Shown: one piece after another, positions 27,887-39,626 of the stretch
How the letters are laid out: the number at the start of each line of letters is the position of its first letter
Position numbering within the stretch: the first letter of the stretch is position 1
From: Desulfobacterales bacterium
Lineage (GTDB): Bacteria > Desulfobacterota > Desulfobacteria > Desulfobacterales > UBA2174
NCBI GenBank assembly: GCA_963668645.2
Contig: CAXXWC010000021.1
Coordinates: 1,376,001 to 1,440,000 of the forward strand
Length of the DNA: 64,000 nt
Reading direction: 5' to 3'
Translations under genes and position numbers: made by a program
The notes under the pieces: generated by a model
Database searches by the model: none
What the model was told of the DNA's origin: nothing
The model's input: the letters and a program-made list of their open reading frames with translations, nothing else

Positions 27887-27937
27887 GCCTGCTCCCCCGG
27901 CAAACCCTTCCTGGGTGCCGGTTCAAATTCGACGCTT

Positions 27938-27966
27938 ACTATGAAATTTATGGACGCCAAAGTCAA
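27938..27966 (-). promoter_or_regulatory. Putative sigma70 promoter for the ihf-tRNA unit
   Basis: TTGACT-17 bp-CATAGT. Confidence 0.4.
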
Positions 27967-28553
27967 GGCTTTTTTCCGTTTGCGATAACTGGTTGCGGGA
28001 CTTGAAGCCCCTGTGTCGCATCACCGGGTTTGGCGGACAGGTCCCTGATTTCTTTAAGAGTCGGCAGGTCTTTGAGGTCCCGCAGTTCGAAAACCTCCAG
28101 AAAAATCCGAGTGGTGCCATAGATTAAGGGCCTGCCGGGGATCTCCCGGCGCCCCATGACGCGGATCAGGCGGCGTTCGAGCAGCATCCGCAGCACGCCG
28201 CCGCAATCAACGCCGCGCACCGCCTCGATTTCGGCGCGCAATACCGGCTGGCGGTATGCCACGATCGCCAAGGTTTCCAGGGCCGCACGGCTCAGGCGGG
28301 CGGTGGAAGTCCCCCTGAGACGGCGGATCCAAGGGTGAAAGCGTGGCCGGCTGCGCAGCTGGTACCCGCCGGCCACCTGCTGAAGGTAAAAACCGCCACC
28401 GCGCTTTTCGTATTCATCCGCCAGGATCTCCAGTGCCGCGTGGATGGCCGGCTTTTCACCGGTGGCGGTCACCTCGGCGAGGGTCTCGATGCTCAGCGGC
28501 CCTTCGGCGGCAAAAAGCAGGCTCTCTATGATGGCCCCAAGATCTTCGTTCAT
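27963..28553 (-). CDS. scpB: SMC-Scp complex subunit ScpB
   Basis: IESLLFAA, VAGGYQLR, LSRAALETLAIVAYRQP, PGRPLIYGTT. Confidence 0.95.
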   Translation of the reverse strand: MNEDLGAIIESLLFAAEGPLSIETLAEVTATGEKPAIHAALEILADEYEKRGGGFYLQQVAGGYQLRSRPRFHPWIRRLRGTSTARLSRAALETLAIVAYRQPVLRAEIEAVRGVDCGGVLRMLLERRLIRVMGRREIPGRPLIYGTTRIFLEVFELRDLKDLPTLKEIRDLSAKPGDATQGLQVPQPVIANGKKP

Positions 28554-29275
28554 TGATAGAAGACCCGGATGATCCCCGATTGGGCGTGTTGAACGATCTC
28601 GACCAGCTCGAGCCGGGCCATTTCCAGGATTGCCAAAAAGGTTACGATGACATCCTGGCGGGTGGCCGCCCCCTCGAAAAGCTGGTCAAAGGCCAAAGAC
28701 CGGGCATCCTCCAGGCGGTCGATGATCTGGGCAATCCGCTTTTTGATGGAGATGGTGTCGGCGCTCAGATCGACCTGGTGGGCTGGCCCGACGCGATCGA
28801 TGACCTGCTGAAAGGCGTCGATCAGTTCGAAAAGCCCCACCCGTATCATGGTCGGATCCGGTTGCAGATCGGCCTCGTCATCCGCCGGCGGCCGGGTGAA
28901 GGTCTGCTCGCCGAGAATATTGCGTCCGGCCAAGGCCTCGGCGGCGGCCTTCATCTGCATGTACTCGGCCAGGGGACGGACGATGGCCAGGCGGGGATCC
29001 TCCTCCTCTTCGTCCGGCGCCCCATAAACCGGCAAAAGCATGCGCGATTTGATCTGGGCCAGGGTGGCCGCCATGACCACGAAGTCGCCGGCCATGTCGA
29101 TATTCAGCGCCTTCATCAGATCCAGGTAATGCAGGTACTGCTCGGTAATCAGGGCGATGGGAATATCGTAAATATCCAGCTCGTGCTTGCGGATGAGGTG
29201 AACGAGAAGGTCCATCGGCCCCTCGAAAATATTCTCCACCCGCACGGCATAGATCTCATCGTTCATGGCCTGCAC
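28550..29275 (-). CDS. scpA: Segregation and condensation protein ScpA
   Basis: FEGPMDLLVHLI, MAATLAQIKSRMLLP, TFLAILE; start may be 29266. Confidence 0.95.
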   Translation of the reverse strand: MQAMNDEIYAVRVENIFEGPMDLLVHLIRKHELDIYDIPIALITEQYLHYLDLMKALNIDMAGDFVVMAATLAQIKSRMLLPVYGAPDEEEEDPRLAIVRPLAEYMQMKAAAEALAGRNILGEQTFTRPPADDEADLQPDPTMIRVGLFELIDAFQQVIDRVGPAHQVDLSADTISIKKRIAQIIDRLEDARSLAFDQLFEGAATRQDVIVTFLAILEMARLELVEIVQHAQSGIIRVFYQ

Positions 29276-29298
29276 CGCCCCGGCCCCGGTTGCAACGT

Positions 29299-30312
29299 TC
29301 AGCGCTCCAGCGGGCGGATCCCCACCGCCCGGCGCACCTCCTGAAGCATGGGACGGCTGTAAGCCCGGGCTTTTTCGGCCCCCTGACGTAAGAGCCGTTC
29401 GACATGCGCCGGGTCGGCCATCAGCTCCTCGTAGCGGCGGCGGGGCTCGGCCAGCTGGGCGTTGAGATATTCGAAAAGCATCTGCTTCATCTCACCCCAA
29501 CCGATCCCGGCCGCGTAGCGCGCTCGCAGATCCTCGGCTTCCTGCGCTGTGGCAAAGGCCTTGTAGATCTGAAAAAGCGTGCAGGTCTCGGGCTCTTTGG
29601 GCGCCTCGGGCGGCAGGCTGTTGGTGGCGATCTTCATGATCAGCTTGCGCAACTGCTTTTCCGAAGTAAAAAGAGGGATCGTGTTGTGATAGCTCTTGCT
29701 CATCTTGCGGCCGTCCAGGCCGGTCAGAACCGCCGCCTGCTCCTGAACCTCGGCCTCGGGCAGAACGAAATGCTCCCCGTAATGATGGTTGAAACGCGCT
29801 GCGATGTCGCGCGCCATTTCCAGGTGCTGAATCTGGTCTTTGCCCACCGGGACCCGATTGGCCTTGAACATCAGAATGTCGGCGGCCATCAAGATCGGAT
29901 AGCAGAACAGTCCCATGGAAATACCCCGGTCCGGGTCCCCGTGGCCGGAGGCCTCGTTGTCGGCCACGGCGGCTTTGTAGGCGTGGGCCCGATTCATCAA
30001 CCCCTTGGCGGTCGAGCATGTGAGAATCCAGGTCAGTTCCAGGATTTCGGGAATGTCCGATTGGCGGTAGAAGATGCTCCGATCCGTGTCGAGCCCCAGG
30101 GCGATCCAGGTGGCGGCCACTTCCAGACTTGAGCGGTTTACCTCGTCCGGATCCTGGCATTTGATGATCGAATGGTAGTCTGCCAGAAAGTAGAAAGAGT
30201 CGGTTTCAAGGTTGCGGCTGGCTGCGATGGCCGGCCGGATAGCGCCCACGTAGTTGCCCAGGTGGGGCGTGCCGGTGGTGGTGATGCCGGTCAGAATGAT
30301 TTGTGAAGTCAT
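29299..30312 (-). CDS. trpS: Tryptophan-tRNA ligase
   Basis: [29 protein letters not shown]. Confidence 0.96.
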   Translation of the reverse strand: MTSQIILTGITTTGTPHLGNYVGAIRPAIAASRNLETDSFYFLADYHSIIKCQDPDEVNRSSLEVAATWIALGLDTDRSIFYRQSDIPEILELTWILTCSTAKGLMNRAHAYKAAVADNEASGHGDPDRGISMGLFCYPILMAADILMFKANRVPVGKDQIQHLEMARDIAARFNHHYGEHFVLPEAEVQEQAAVLTGLDGRKMSKSYHNTIPLFTSEKQLRKLIMKIATNSLPPEAPKEPETCTLFQIYKAFATAQEAEDLRARYAAGIGWGEMKQMLFEYLNAQLAEPRRRYEELMADPAHVERLLRQGAEKARAYSRPMLQEVRRAVGIRPLER

Positions 30313-30355
30313 GGATCTTCCTGATTTCAAGCTAGGGTGCCGGCCGGGTCCTCGG

Positions 30356-33088
30356 TCAGCAGCCGGGTTGAGGGTGTGACGGCCCTTCGGGCGGGATCAG
30401 GGATTCGGTGGCCGGCCGGCGGGAAGCCAGACGCTGGGCCAGGGCCAGCTCGTCTTTGACGTCCTCCAGTTGACCGTTGCGTTTGGCATCCCGCACCGCA
30501 TCGAAAATCTCCCGGTAGATGGGGCCGGGGGGGATGCCGAGCACTTTGAGGTCGGCGCCGCTGATCGCCGGCTGAACGAAACGCAAGCGGGTCACATATA
30601 CCGAAATGGCCCGCTGCACGGCGACCTGCCGCGTAGTCGCCATCATGTAAAGGATCTGTTCAATACTGAATCCTTGCAACATCTTGCACAGGATGCTGTT
30701 TTCGGGTGGGATCTGGTTATCGAGCCGATAAACGACGCGTTCAGCCATCAGACGTCCGGAGCCCAAAAGGCGTCGCTGGCGCGGCGGCAGATCGAAACGG
30801 CGGCAGATCGCCTCGGTGACCTCCCGGTCGAAAGAACGGATCAGGGCCATGAAATAAACGGCCCACTTCATATAAGATTCCTCTAAAAAAAGCAAATCGA
30901 ACCAGGACTGGACCTCCTTGACCGCCTGAAAAGCGGTCGAAAGTTCAGCGTTGAAAGTCAAGCTGGGGTGAACCACCTTGAGCAGGTCGTAGTCGCCCAG
31001 GCGTTTGAGCAGGTCCAGAGGGCTGGCCTCTTCGAGAAGCAAACGCAGCTCGGAAAAAACCCGCCGGCCGTCCAGGCGCTTGAAAAAGTCCATCCGCACG
31101 GCGTTTTCGATCAGCCCGGCGGTGAGCCGGCCGATGGAAAAACCGAAGCGTTGTTCGAAGCGGATGGCGCGAAACACCCGCGTCGGATCCTCCACGAAGC
31201 TCAAGTTATGCAGCACGCGAATCGTCTTTTCCTTGATGTCCTTTAACGCGGAGAAAAAATCGATCAAAATACCGAAACGCCGGGGGTTGAGCTGGATCGC
31301 CAAGGTGTTGATGGTAAAATCGCGGCGCGCCAGGTCCATTTTGATCGAACTCATCTCCACCGTGGGCAGCGCCGCGGGCACGGTGTAGTACTCCATGCGG
31401 GCCGAGGCCACATCCATCTTGAACGTATCGGGGAAGACCACCACCGCAGTGCCGAATTTCTCATGGGTGTGCACCCGCCCTCCCATGATCTTGGCAAAAC
31501 GGCGGGCGAACCGGATCCCGTCCCCTTCGATAACGATGTCGATGTCCTCGTTGGGCCGATAAAGAAACAGGTCCCGCACGAATCCGCCCACCACATAAGC
31601 CCCGCAATCCAGTTCATCGGCCACTTCGCCCACCGTTTGAAGAATATCGATAAGCCGCCGTGTGAGGCGTTCGCGCATGAATTTCTGGATGTTGCGGGTA
31701 CGGGCGCCCACCATCTCGCTGAGCGGTTCGTATCCGTTGGCCGTGCCGGGTGCGCTGGGCATCAGCAGGTTGAGCAGGTCGGTGCGCGTCAGCACCCCCA
31801 CCACCTGTTGGCCTTCACAGATCGGCAGGATTCGCTGCTTGTGGCCGATGATTTTTTCCTGGATCTCTTGCAGTTCGGCATCCGGCCCCACTGAGACGAC
31901 CTCCGGATTCATATAATCGCGCACCGGCACATCCTGAAGCCCGTGGTAGAGGGCCTTTTCCAGCACTTGGCGGGTGATGTAACCGACCAGAGGATCTGAA
32001 GGCGCACCGTTTTCGGTCACCACCAGGGCGTTGACGTTGTAGCGCGGGAGCAGTTCGGCGGCGGCACCGCAGCTGGCACCGGCAGCCACGATGATCGGCG
32101 GGGCGCTCATCAGATCCCGCGCCCGCCGCCGGGAGCGGATGGTCCGGGCCAGTGTTTCGCGCAGCCGCTGTTCGACCTGCAGCAGGGTCAGATCCCGGAT
32201 CGTGGCCGAGGCGGCCGAAGGATGCCCGCCGCCGCCCAGTGGGGCCAGCACCGCGTCGACTTCCACTTCCGGGATACGGCTGCGCGCAATGACATGCACC
32301 TTGTTTTCCATCTGGGCGATGGCAAAAAGCGCGTCCAGATTTTCCATGCGCGCCATCTTGTGCACCAGAAAGGCCAGATCCGGGACATAGCGGTCCGTGG
32401 CGATGTTCGTAACGGCCACCTCTATGCCGTTGACCCGGTAACGGTCGGCGGCCTGAATCAGGTCGTTGAGCAGGCCGACCTGCTCGGGACTGATCTCGCG
32501 GGCGATCAATTGCGCCACGGTGTTGAGGTTGGCCCCCTGTTCAAGCAGATAGGCGGCCGCCCGAAAGTCCTCCACGGTGGTCGAGGCGAAGGTGAACGAC
32601 CCGGTATCTTCGTAGATTCCCAGGCACATGATGGTGGCCTCATCGGCGCTGATGGGAATCTTGCGCTCGCGCAGCAGCCCGGTAAGAAGGGTCACGGTGG
32701 CACCGGCCAACCGCTTGATCCCGGCCTGGCCGGCGATGTCGTCAGCGCGGGGGGGGTGATGATCATAGACGTGAACCTCGATACCGGGATTACTCAAAAC
32801 CTGTGCCAACGGGCCGAGACGACTGGCCTGGCATGTATCCACCAGGACCAGGCGCCGCACAGCCTGCAGATCCAGATCCCGTATTTCGACCATATTGAAC
32901 AGGTAGACCATGGAGCTGATAAAAAAGTGGCGCAGGCTCTTTTCCTGGGAACCGGGAAAAACCGCCAGGGCCTCGGGATAAAGCTTCTGGGCCGCCAACA
33001 TCGAGGCCATGGCATCAAAATCGGCGTTGACATGACTGGTGATCAAGGTCAATCCGTCCGAGGCCGGAGCGTGGGTATCATCGTTCAC
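30356..33088 (-). CDS. DHH-DHHA1-CBS-fused tRNA nucleotidyltransferase (probable A-adding type)
   Basis: [24 protein letters not shown] pair, VGGFVRD, DIDIV, RRDFTIN, EDPTR; start uncertain (33088 or 33154). Confidence 0.88.
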   Translation of the reverse strand: MNDDTHAPASDGLTLITSHVNADFDAMASMLAAQKLYPEALAVFPGSQEKSLRHFFISSMVYLFNMVEIRDLDLQAVRRLVLVDTCQASRLGPLAQVLSNPGIEVHVYDHHPPRADDIAGQAGIKRLAGATVTLLTGLLRERKIPISADEATIMCLGIYEDTGSFTFASTTVEDFRAAAYLLEQGANLNTVAQLIAREISPEQVGLLNDLIQAADRYRVNGIEVAVTNIATDRYVPDLAFLVHKMARMENLDALFAIAQMENKVHVIARSRIPEVEVDAVLAPLGGGGHPSAASATIRDLTLLQVEQRLRETLARTIRSRRRARDLMSAPPIIVAAGASCGAAAELLPRYNVNALVVTENGAPSDPLVGYITRQVLEKALYHGLQDVPVRDYMNPEVVSVGPDAELQEIQEKIIGHKQRILPICEGQQVVGVLTRTDLLNLLMPSAPGTANGYEPLSEMVGARTRNIQKFMRERLTRRLIDILQTVGEVADELDCGAYVVGGFVRDLFLYRPNEDIDIVIEGDGIRFARRFAKIMGGRVHTHEKFGTAVVVFPDTFKMDVASARMEYYTVPAALPTVEMSSIKMDLARRDFTINTLAIQLNPRRFGILIDFFSALKDIKEKTIRVLHNLSFVEDPTRVFRAIRFEQRFGFSIGRLTAGLIENAVRMDFFKRLDGRRVFSELRLLLEEASPLDLLKRLGDYDLLKVVHPSLTFNAELSTAFQAVKEVQSWFDLLFLEESYMKWAVYFMALIRSFDREVTEAICRRFDLPPRQRRLLGSGRLMAERVVYRLDNQIPPENSILCKMLQGFSIEQILYMMATTRQVAVQRAISVYVTRLRFVQPAISGADLKVLGIPPGPIYREIFDAVRDAKRNGQLEDVKDELALAQRLASRRPATESLIPPEGPSHPQPGC

Positions 33089-33416
33089 CTTGGCAAAATC
33101 CTCTGGATGGCAGGGGCAAAGATGTTGAGGACATTGATCGCCTTCAGCATTCATTTGTCAATAGACATAATCCGAAGCCGGGATCAAGAGCCAACCCTTC
33201 GAAAAGCGCTCCTGGCAGTCCAACCAAACGCGTGCCTGGGGGCAGAGTCGCACAGGACGTCGCTTTGCTGGACAAGCGCCGGAAAAGATTGTACGATGCG
33301 CCATCTTCAGACGGAAATCGGGGGACCGGCGCGCGAAGGGCGGTGGCAAGCATGGAGGACTGGCTTGACGCCCAACCAAGCTGCGCGAGGTTCAAGCGAC
33401 GAAAGGGTGATGGATC

Positions 33417-34628
33417 ATGCCGGTCTACATCTGGGAAGGCAAAAACCGTAAAAATGAGGCCCAAAAGGGGGAATTCGAAGCCGCCAGCGAAGATGCCGTG
33501 CGGGCCCACCTGAGCCGGATGCGCATCACCCCGGTCAAGATCAAAAAGAAACCCAAAGACCTTTTCGAAAATGTGTCCTGGGCCCAGCCCAGGGTTACCC
33601 AGGCCGACGTGATTCTTTTTTGCCGGCAGTTTTCAACCATGATCGACGCCGGGCTGCCCATCATCCAGTGCCTGGATATCCTGCACCAGCAGCAGGAAAA
33701 CAAGACCTTCAAAAAAACCATCAAGGACATCAAAGAATCGGTGGAAGGCGGGCAGACCTTCGCCGAGGCCCTGAAGAAATATCCGGCCCAATTCGATGAT
33801 CTGTTCGTCAACATGGTGGCCGCTGGCGAAGCCGGCGGGATCCTGGATACCATCTTGCAGCGGTTGTCCAATTACCTGGAAAAAGCCGCCCGCCTCAAAA
33901 AGAAAATCAAAGGCGCCATGACATACCCGGCCATTACCCTGGCGGTGGCGGTCATCGTGGTGGCCGTAATCATGGTCTTCGTGATACCGGTTTTCGAAGA
34001 GATGTTTTCCGATTTCGGCAGCGCCCTGCCCGGCCCGACCCAGATAGTGGTGGACATGAGCCGTTTCGTGCGCGACAAAATCCTATATATCCTCGGCGCC
34101 GGGGCGATTTTCACCTTCACCGCGCGCCGGGTCCTGAAAACCGAAAAAGGACGCGTCCTTTTTGATCGCTACGTGCTCAACCTGCCGATTTTCGGCGTTT
34201 TACTGCGTCGTGTGGCGGTTGCCAAGTTCACCCGTACCATGGGCACGATGCTCACATCGGGCGTTTCGATTTTGGATGCGCTGGATATCGTAGCCAAAAC
34301 GGCGGGCAACAAAACCATAGAAGCCGCTATTTACAAGGTGCGCCAGGGGATTGCCGAGGGACGCACCATGAGCGACCCATTGTCCGAAACGGGCGTTTTC
34401 CCCGCCATGGTCTGCCAGATGATTTCAGTGGGTGAATCCACCGGGGCCCTGGATGCCATGCTGGTCAAGATCGCCGACTTCTATGACGAAGAGGTCGATC
34501 AGGCCGTCGAGAATCTCACGGCCGCCATAGAACCGGTAATGATGGTCTTCATGGGCGTGGTCATCGGTGGTCTGGTGGTCTCGATGTACCTGCCGATCTT
34601 CAAAATGGCCGGCGCCATTAGCGGCTGA
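33417..34628 (+). CDS. pilC: Type IV pilus platform protein PilC (GspF family)
   Basis: RQFSTMIDAGLP, AGEAGGILD, GAMTYP, VGESTGALD, SMYLPIF. Confidence 0.95.
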   Translation: MPVYIWEGKNRKNEAQKGEFEAASEDAVRAHLSRMRITPVKIKKKPKDLFENVSWAQPRVTQADVILFCRQFSTMIDAGLPIIQCLDILHQQQENKTFKKTIKDIKESVEGGQTFAEALKKYPAQFDDLFVNMVAAGEAGGILDTILQRLSNYLEKAARLKKKIKGAMTYPAITLAVAVIVVAVIMVFVIPVFEEMFSDFGSALPGPTQIVVDMSRFVRDKILYILGAGAIFTFTARRVLKTEKGRVLFDRYVLNLPIFGVLLRRVAVAKFTRTMGTMLTSGVSILDALDIVAKTAGNKTIEAAIYKVRQGIAEGRTMSDPLSETGVFPAMVCQMISVGESTGALDAMLVKIADFYDEEVDQAVENLTAAIEPVMMVFMGVVIGGLVVSMYLPIFKMAGAISG

Positions 34629-34692
34629 CGGCCCTTGCAGGCCCTGAGCCGAAAACCGCAAAGCACCGCGGCCTGAAGGGCCGGACACCCCG

Positions 34693-36009
34693 ATGCGGTC
34701 AACCCTTTCCGAAGCCGAACAGGAAACCTACAGCCGATTGCGGCTGCTGATGTTCTTCAGGGTGCTATTCACCACCCTGCTGCTCAGCTCCACTATCGTT
34801 TTACAGACCGGCAAGAGCGTTTCGGCCCTGGCCCCGCCGCTGTTGGCGCTCTATGTCCTGATCGTGGCCATCTTCCTGCTTTCCTGCGTCTATGCACTAT
34901 TTTTGCCGCACACCCGTTCGCCTTCCCGCTTCGCCTATGTCCAGGTCGGCATCGACACCCTGATCGTCACCATAGTGATCCTGGTCACAGGCAGTTTCGC
35001 CAGCATCTTCTCCTTTCTTTATCTGGTGGTCATCATCTATTCGAGCATTTTGCTGGAACGCGGCGGCAGCATGCTCATGGCAGCTTTTTGCAGCATCCAG
35101 TACGGCATTTTAGTCAACCTCGAATTCTACGGCCTTTTCACCCCCTTCGTGGTGGACGCCAGCCCCACGGCCATGACCTACCTGTGGCGTGACGTTCTCT
35201 ACAAGGTCATGATCACTACGGTGGGCTGCTTTGCGGTGGCCATCCTCAGCGACATGCTCTCCGAACAGGTCCGGAAAAGCCGCAAGGCCCTAAAAACGAT
35301 GGAAGAACGCATGCGGCGCGTGGAAAAACTGGCCTCCATGGGAGAAATGGCCGCAGGGATGGCCCATGAATTGAAGAACCCGCTGGCCGCCCTGGCCGGC
35401 TCGATCCAACTTTTGCGTGAAGAACCGTCCAACCGGCGGACCCACGAACGGTTGATCCAAATCGCCCTGCGCGAAACGACCCGGCTCAACGACCTGCTCA
35501 CCGATTTTCTCATGTTCGCTCGCCCGCCGGCCGGCAAACGCCAGCCCCTGCGACTGGACCGTGCGGTAAACGAAATCATCGCCCTTTTTGAGAAAGACTG
35601 CACCTGCGCCGGGCGCATCGTCATCCGAAAAAAGCTGGCCCCGGGTATGTGGGTGGACATCGACCCGGTGCATCTGCACCAGATTCTTTGGAATCTGATG
35701 CTCAATGCGGCCGAAGCCATCGAGGGCCGGGGTTTGATCGATGTCGAAGTGCGCTCCGAACGCAACGAAAAGGTCGAAATCCGCATCCGGGATAACGGCT
35801 GCGGGATTCCACCGGAGCTGATGGAAAGCGTTTTCAACCCGTTTTTTACCACCAAGGCGGAAGGCACAGGACTCGGGCTGTCCGTTGTGCACCGGCTTCT
35901 CGAGTCCTACGACAGCTACCTGCAGGTGGAAAGCCAGAGCGGCCGCGGGTCGCTGTTCATCCTGACCCTGAACCGGATTCCCGAACCGGTGAAATCGCCC
36001 GAACCTTGA
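34693..36009 (+). CDS. pilS: Sensor histidine kinase, PilS-like
   Basis: Multi-TM N-terminus, AHELKNPL, NLMLNAAEA, DNGCG, PFFTTK, GTGLGL; follows pilC. Confidence 0.8.
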   Translation: MRSTLSEAEQETYSRLRLLMFFRVLFTTLLLSSTIVLQTGKSVSALAPPLLALYVLIVAIFLLSCVYALFLPHTRSPSRFAYVQVGIDTLIVTIVILVTGSFASIFSFLYLVVIIYSSILLERGGSMLMAAFCSIQYGILVNLEFYGLFTPFVVDASPTAMTYLWRDVLYKVMITTVGCFAVAILSDMLSEQVRKSRKALKTMEERMRRVEKLASMGEMAAGMAHELKNPLAALAGSIQLLREEPSNRRTHERLIQIALRETTRLNDLLTDFLMFARPPAGKRQPLRLDRAVNEIIALFEKDCTCAGRIVIRKKLAPGMWVDIDPVHLHQILWNLMLNAAEAIEGRGLIDVEVRSERNEKVEIRIRDNGCGIPPELMESVFNPFFTTKAEGTGLGLSVVHRLLESYDSYLQVESQSGRGSLFILTLNRIPEPVKSPEP

Positions 36010-36150
36010 CAACCGGCATTGGAATACGATAGCAAAATCGGTTTGTTTTTTGGTGTGGCCGTTGGCGCAAGACCGGTGCAAGAACCAAACCTCCCGGATC
36101 CCAGCGGCACGAATCCTTCAACCCGCAACCCGGCAAAACCCGAGGTAGCC

Positions 36151-37629
36151 ATGAACGCAAGCTCCGACGTGGCCCGGCAGCGAAAAGAAAAGATCGAGGC
36201 CCTGCGCCGCGACCGGATCAATCCTTATCCCAACGATTTTAGCGTAACCCACGACGTCGCCGATCTGCGCATGCATATCGAGAAGGCCCCTGAAAGCCTC
36301 GGCGAGGACGATCCCGTCTTTGCCGTGGCCGGCCGCATCATCGCCATAAACCGCTTCGGCAAGGCCGCCTTCGTACGGCTGCGGGATCGCACCGGCCAGA
36401 TCCAGGCCTATATCCGCAAGGACGGCGTTGGGGATGAGGCTTACGCGCTTTTCAGGCAGATGGACATCGGCGATTTCATCGGCCTTCATGGAGGGCTGTT
36501 TCAAACCCGCACCGGTGAATGGACCCTGATGGCGCGAGCGCTGACCCTTGTGGCCAAGTCGGTGCGCCCCCTGCCCGAAAAGTTTCACGGGCTCAAGGAT
36601 CCTGAAAAGCGATACCGCCAACGCTACCTCGACCTGATGATGAACGACGAGGTGCGCGAAATCTTCTACCGCCGCAGCCGCATCGTCCAGGAGATCCGCA
36701 GCTTCCTCTTAGCCCGTGATTTTCTGGAGGTCGAAACCCCCATGATGCAGGCGGTCCCCGGCGGCGCCGAAGCCACTCCCTTCGTGACCCACCACAATGC
36801 GCTGGACATCCCCCTCTACCTGCGCATCGCCCCGGAACTCTATCTCAAGCGGCTCGTGGTGGGCGGGTTCGAGCGAGTTTTCGAGATCAACCGCAACTTT
36901 CGCAACGAGGGCGTCTCGACCCGCCACAACCCGGAATTTACCATGCTCGAGTTTTACCAGGCCTATGCCCGCCACACCGACCTGATGGCACTCACCGAAG
37001 ATATGTTCCGCCGGACGGCCGAAGCGGTCACCGGTTCAGCGGTGATCGTCTATCAGGGCCAGCGCATAGACTTGGCCGCGCCCTGGCGGCGCATCGAGCT
37101 GTACGAGTCCCTGGTACAGATCGGCGGCATCGAGCCCGAGGTTCTTCAGGACAGAGAAAAGCTCTTGGCCACAGCGGCCGAACGGGCAGTGCCGGTCAAT
37201 CCCCACGCGCGGACGGGAAAGATCATCACCAAGCTCTTCGACACCCTGGTGGAGCCCCACCTGGTACAACCGACCTTCATCACGGGTTACCCGGTGGAGG
37301 TCTCTCCGCTCTCGCGGCGCAATGATACGGCGCCCGAGGTGACCGAACGCTTTGAGCTGTTCATCGCCGGCTACGAAATCGCCAACGGTTTTTCGGAACT
37401 GAATGATCCCGAGGACCAATACCAGCGTTTTGCCCAGCAGGTGGCGGACCGGGAGGCCGGGGAGACCGAAGCCCATCCCATGGATCTGGACTACATCGAG
37501 GCCCTCGAATACGGAATGCCGCCCACTGCCGGAGAAGGAGTGGGAATCGACCGGTTGACCATGCTGCTCACCGATGCGGCCAGCATCAGGGAAGTCATCC
37601 TCTTTCCGCACCTTAAACCGCGATCCTGA
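36151..37629 (+). CDS. lysS: Lysine-tRNA ligase (class II)
   Basis: RYRQRYLDL, LRIAPELYLKRL, FRNEG, YGMPPTAGEGVGIDRL. Confidence 0.97.
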   Translation: MNASSDVARQRKEKIEALRRDRINPYPNDFSVTHDVADLRMHIEKAPESLGEDDPVFAVAGRIIAINRFGKAAFVRLRDRTGQIQAYIRKDGVGDEAYALFRQMDIGDFIGLHGGLFQTRTGEWTLMARALTLVAKSVRPLPEKFHGLKDPEKRYRQRYLDLMMNDEVREIFYRRSRIVQEIRSFLLARDFLEVETPMMQAVPGGAEATPFVTHHNALDIPLYLRIAPELYLKRLVVGGFERVFEINRNFRNEGVSTRHNPEFTMLEFYQAYARHTDLMALTEDMFRRTAEAVTGSAVIVYQGQRIDLAAPWRRIELYESLVQIGGIEPEVLQDREKLLATAAERAVPVNPHARTGKIITKLFDTLVEPHLVQPTFITGYPVEVSPLSRRNDTAPEVTERFELFIAGYEIANGFSELNDPEDQYQRFAQQVADREAGETEAHPMDLDYIEALEYGMPPTAGEGVGIDRLTMLLTDAASIREVILFPHLKPRS

Positions 37630-37662
37630 CGGTCCCGGGCATCGGCGGAGAAAAGCGCGAGC

Positions 37663-38881
37663 ATGCGTTTTGAATCCTTCATCACCCTGCGCTACCTTCG
37701 GACAGGGAAAAAGCAGGCTTTTGTATCGCTCATCAGCCTTTTGTCCATCGCCGGAGTGGCCGTAGGCGTAATGGCCCTGATCGTGGTGATTGCAGTCATG
37801 GCCGGCTTTGAAAACGATTTAAAAAAACGGCTGCTCTCCATGCAGGCCCATGTAGCGCTCACCCCGCGCCCGGAGGCTGCCATGGCCCCGGACAGCCTTC
37901 GGCGTCTGGAAAGCATCCCCGGGGTTCTGGCCGCTGCGCCCTTTGTCGAAAGCCAAGTGATGCTCCGCTCGGCCAAAACCGCCGCCGGGGTGCTGCTGCG
38001 GGGCGTGGAACCGCAAAAAAGCGCCAAAGTCATCGACGGCCCTATCTACCTGGGCGCACTGAACGAGGCCGATCACTTGCCTTCCGAGGCGCCCAGCCTG
38101 GGCGGCATCGTTCTGGGAAAGGACCTGGCCCGGCAACTCGGGGTGGTGGAGGGCGACCGCGTCTTTATGGTCGCCCCCCAGGGGATGCTCGCCCCGGTGG
38201 GGTATGTGCCGGCCATGCGCCCCTTTTCCGTGGCGGGTCGTTTTTCCTCCGGGATCTACGAATACGACGGCAACGTCGCTTTTATCCTGCTGGCCGAAGC
38301 CCAGAAGGTGCTGCGCATGGGAGGGCGAATTTCCGGCATTCAGGTACGGCTGAAAAATGTCGACCAGGCGGAGCGCGTGGCCCGGGACATCGAAGAGGCC
38401 ATGGGCGCGGATTTCACCGTCAGGCCCTGGACCACGACCAACCGCAGCCTGCTCAGCGCCCTCAAACTGGAAAAAACCGCCATGTTCGTCATTCTGGCCC
38501 TCATCGTCTTCGTAGCCGCCTTGAACATCGCCGGCACCCTGGTCATGACCGTCATGGAAAAGGCCCGGGATATTGCCATCCTCAAGGCCCTGGGGGCCAC
38601 CGACGGGGCGATCCGGCGCATCTTCGTAATGAACGGACTGATGATCGGAGGGCTCGGCGTTCTGGCGGGCGCCATCCTCGGCTTGGGACTCTGCCGTATC
38701 CTCTCGTCTTCCGACCTGATCCGCCTGCCCGGCGACATTTTTTATATCACCCGCCTGCCCGTCCACCTTATGCCCCTTGATGTGCTGGCGATCGGCTTGG
38801 CCGCCATCGGCATCTGCCTGCTGGCCACCCTTTATCCGGCCCACCAGGCGGCGGGCCTCAACCCGGTGGAGACCATCCGTC

Positions 38882-38889
<8 letters not shown>
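37663..38889 (+). CDS. lolE: Lipoprotein-releasing ABC transporter permease LolC/E
   Basis: GVMALIVVIAVMAGF, ALKLEK, DIAILKALGA, ATLYPA. Confidence 0.88.
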
Positions 38890-39574
<685 letters not shown>

Positions 39575-39626
39575 TCCGGCGCTGAGCCAGGGCTTGCGCC
39601 AAACGCACCAGAAAGATGGAGACTCT

